From contig CAJWXP010000002.1 of the NCBI GenBank assembly GCA_913049785.1, positions 24,368 through 88,367 of the forward strand: DNA of 64,000 nt, written 5' to 3'. Origin of the DNA: an uncultured Dehalococcoidia bacterium (GTDB taxonomy: Bacteria > Chloroflexota > Dehalococcoidia > Lucifugimonadales > UBA1127). Both the position numbers and the translations under genes were made by a program. Numbering within the stretch: position 1 is the first letter of the stretch; the number at the start of each line of letters is the position of its first letter. The notes beneath the pieces were generated by a model. That model searched no databases and had not been told where the DNA came from. It was given only the letters and a program-made list of their open reading frames with translations. Below, one piece after another: positions 62,155 through 64,000 of this stretch.

Positions 62155-62655
62155 TTACTCGTCGTCCTCGGGTGGCCTCATGGACAGCGGTTTACCCAGG
62201 ACTTCCTTGGCGATGATGGCCTGCCGGAGGTTGCCCTTTTTGAGCAGCAGTGCTGCCGGGCTTGTATGCGTCCTCCCCGTGCTTTGGGGTCTGGTAATCG
62301 GCCTAGCGGCGCTAGTAGCCGTAGGTGCACTCGTGACCGTGGGGCCTATGCGAGGAGCCTCGAACGCCGGGGCAGGCTCCTCTTCCGTGTGCGATGGAAC
62401 GACAACCCGCTGCTCCCAGGCGTCCACACTACGGTCATTTATTGGGAGAGCGGGAGCAGGTTCCGGCGCTACTTCCGGAGGGCGCGCAGGCTCTTCGGGA
62501 GGGTAGATATCGTCTAAGCGATCAGGCGCGGGCGTCTCCCGTTTTGGAGCGGAGCCGCCCATCTCACGCTCTATGTTCTCCCGCACTTGATCGAGGCGCT
62601 CTCGCGCCTTACGACGTAGCTCTTCAAACCTGCTCTCGCGGTTTTCGCTGGTCAT
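62155..62655 (-). CDS. Proline-rich hypothetical protein, third gene of the nfeD-floA operon
   Basis: 166 aa. It has a charged N-terminal helix, a P/E/A-rich low-complexity centre and a conserved-looking C-terminal LLKKGNLRQAIIAKEVLGKPLSMR. It lies 27 nt after floA. Confidence 0.6.
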   Translation of the reverse strand: MTSENRESRFEELRRKARERLDQVRENIEREMGGSAPKRETPAPDRLDDIYPPEEPARPPEVAPEPAPALPINDRSVDAWEQRVVVPSHTEEEPAPAFEAPRIGPTVTSAPTATSAARPITRPQSTGRTHTSPAALLLKKGNLRQAIIAKEVLGKPLSMRPPEDDE

Positions 62656-62682
62656 CTTCCCACGTTCTCCCTATAGGACGCT

Positions 62683-63678
62683 TTATGTGGTGGGTGTTGT
62701 GCCCGATTCAGGCTCGTTGCCCAGACTCTCTCGCATGGAGGTGTCCGCCTGGACGTTGCGCATGCGGTAGTAGTCCATGATGCCCATGTTCCCGGCGCGG
62801 AACGCCTCAGCCATGGCGCGGGGCACTTCCGCCTCAGCTTCCACAACGCGGGCTCGCATCTCCTGTGTACGGGCGACCATCTCCTGCTCCTGGGCCACGG
62901 CCATTGCACGTCGCTGCTCGGCACGAGCCTGGGCGATCTGCTTATCGGCTTCTGCCTGGTCGATCTGGAGCTGTGCGCCGATGTTCCTGCCAACGTCCAC
63001 ATCCGCGATGTCGATGGACAGGATCTCAAAGGCCGTTCCAGCGTCCAATCCGGCGCTGAGCACCCTCTTGGATATCTGATCCGGGTTCTCCAGCACAGAC
63101 TTGTGGGCATCTGCGGAGCCGATGGCAGAGACGGTGCCTTCGCCCACCCGAGCCAGGATAGTCTCTTCGCCAGCGCCGCCGACGAGTCGGTCCAGGTTGG
63201 CCCGGATGGTGACCCTTGCTACGGCGATGAGCTGAATGCCGTCCTTGGCCACTGCCGAGACCCTGGGGGTGTTGATGACCCTGGGGTTGACGCTAGTCTG
63301 CACGGCCTGGAGTACATCGCGGCCCGCCAGGTCTATGGCCGTGGCTCGTTTCCAGTTCAAGTCTATGGCCGCCTTGTCCGCTGAGATCATGGCGGAGATC
63401 ACCCGCCCAACGTTGCCGCCAGCCAGGTAGTGGGCCTCCATCTCATCGATGTTCAAATCAAGGCCCGCCTTAGTGGCGGAGATAAGGGGCTCAACAATAT
63501 TGTGGGGATTCACTTTCCTGAGCTTCATGCCCACAAGGCTTTGGAGACTCACGGGAACACCGGCAAAGATCGCGCTGATCCAAAGGCCCACGGGAACGAA
63601 TATCAGAATGATACCCAGGGTAGGTATCGCAAGGAGCAACACCATAAGGATTACCAGGATTCGTCCAACCCACTGCAT
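62683..63678 (-). CDS. floA: Flotillin-like protein FloA (UPF0365/YqfA family)
   Basis: An N-terminal TM region is followed by [25 protein letters not shown] and [16 protein letters not shown]. Confidence 0.9.
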   Translation of the reverse strand: MQWVGRILVILMVLLLAIPTLGIILIFVPVGLWISAIFAGVPVSLQSLVGMKLRKVNPHNIVEPLISATKAGLDLNIDEMEAHYLAGGNVGRVISAMISADKAAIDLNWKRATAIDLAGRDVLQAVQTSVNPRVINTPRVSAVAKDGIQLIAVARVTIRANLDRLVGGAGEETILARVGEGTVSAIGSADAHKSVLENPDQISKRVLSAGLDAGTAFEILSIDIADVDVGRNIGAQLQIDQAEADKQIAQARAEQRRAMAVAQEQEMVARTQEMRARVVEAEAEVPRAMAEAFRAGNMGIMDYYRMRNVQADTSMRESLGNEPESGTTPTT

Positions 63679-63701
63679 AGCTCATCCCCCCATATTTCAA
63701 A

Positions 63702-64000
63702 CTAGGATTGAGGAGCGTTCTCCTCGGTCTGGTCAGGTTCCGGGTCTTCGATCAGTTTGACCACTCTGCGGTATTCTTCATCCGCGATGACCTCGATACT
63801 TCGGCCTTCCTCAATGAAGTCCCCTTCAGTAACTACGTCCACGCGGCGGTTGTCAATCCGTGCGACCCCTGCAGGGCGCAGGTCCGTGATGGCGATCCCG
63901 CGCAATCCAACCAATGAGGTGGACGCATCTGAGCGCCTCGTGGATTCATTTTGTGGTTCGTCCGAGGCTGAATCTTCCAACCCTGAGCCCGGTGTCAGGG
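63702..64000 (-). CDS. NfeD family protein, C-terminal OB-fold part (N-terminus lies outside the window)
   Basis: The sequence GIAITDLRPAGVARIDNRRVDVVTEGDFIEEG..IEV is present. The frame is open to the window edge. Confidence 0.75.
   Translation of the reverse strand, partial: LTPGSGLEDSASDEPQNESTRRSDASTSLVGLRGIAITDLRPAGVARIDNRRVDVVTEGDFIEEGRSIEVIADEEYRRVVKLIEDPEPDQTEENAPQS

Noticed and set aside
1-64000. I looked for tRNA, rRNA, tmRNA, RNase P and SRP RNA genes, and for integrases, transposases and prophage genes.
   Set aside because: I scanned for T-loop-like GGTTCGA(A/G)TCC strings and conserved RNase P/tmRNA cores and found only coding-region matches (for example 51667-51680). No mobile-element ORFs were recognised.

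Overview
This is a 64-kb chromosomal segment, moderately GC-rich by eye. I saw no rRNA or tRNA genes, CRISPR arrays, integrases, transposases or phage genes. By inference, the gene content suggests a Chloroflexota-like (SAR202/Dehalococcoidia-type) heterotroph: UPF0182, DUF1385 after rpmE, a structured leader before panBC, and many enolase-superfamily and amidohydrolase paralogs.

Housekeeping genes:
- mutS (5' partial), glpX, class I fba, ogt and fmt.
- dnaA, preceded by a very AT-rich candidate oriC.
- A DUF2520-panB-panC operon.
- rplU-rpmA and rpmE-DUF1385.
- An arg cluster (argJ, argB, argD, argG, argH) interrupted by UPF0182 and by an EthD-like/MaoC pair.
- A his cluster (hisH, hisA, hisF, hisIE) in which every his gene alternates with an unrelated gene.
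- thrB, lysC and ilvE.

Accessory and catabolic content:
- Two MR/MLE enolase-superfamily genes and three amidohydrolase-fold genes.
- A garL/garR-like pair, MmgE/PrpD, and two tandem ICL/PEPM paralogs with a non-canonical catalytic loop.
- A cobalt-type nitrile hydratase wedged between thrB and lysC.
- A split ComDE-like ThDP decarboxylase.
- LysR and HxlR regulators, and two NarL-type receiver proteins that both lack a canonical start.
- An NfeD-FloA operon (3' partial).

I did not find an obvious multi-gene defence-type system. The most interesting signals are:
1. A dispersed hairpin-plus-conserved-tail repeat family sitting at gene 3' ends.
2. A promoter, structured leader and intrinsic terminator in front of the pantothenate operon.
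3. Gene-decay junctions: a histidine-kinase stub, a flavin-reductase stub and a frameshifted DM13 gene.
4. Several enzymes with degenerate or unusual active-site motifs.
5. A low-GC gap flanked by unannotated mini membrane ORFs.

All functional calls rest on motif recognition from the translated ORFs. No database search was run.
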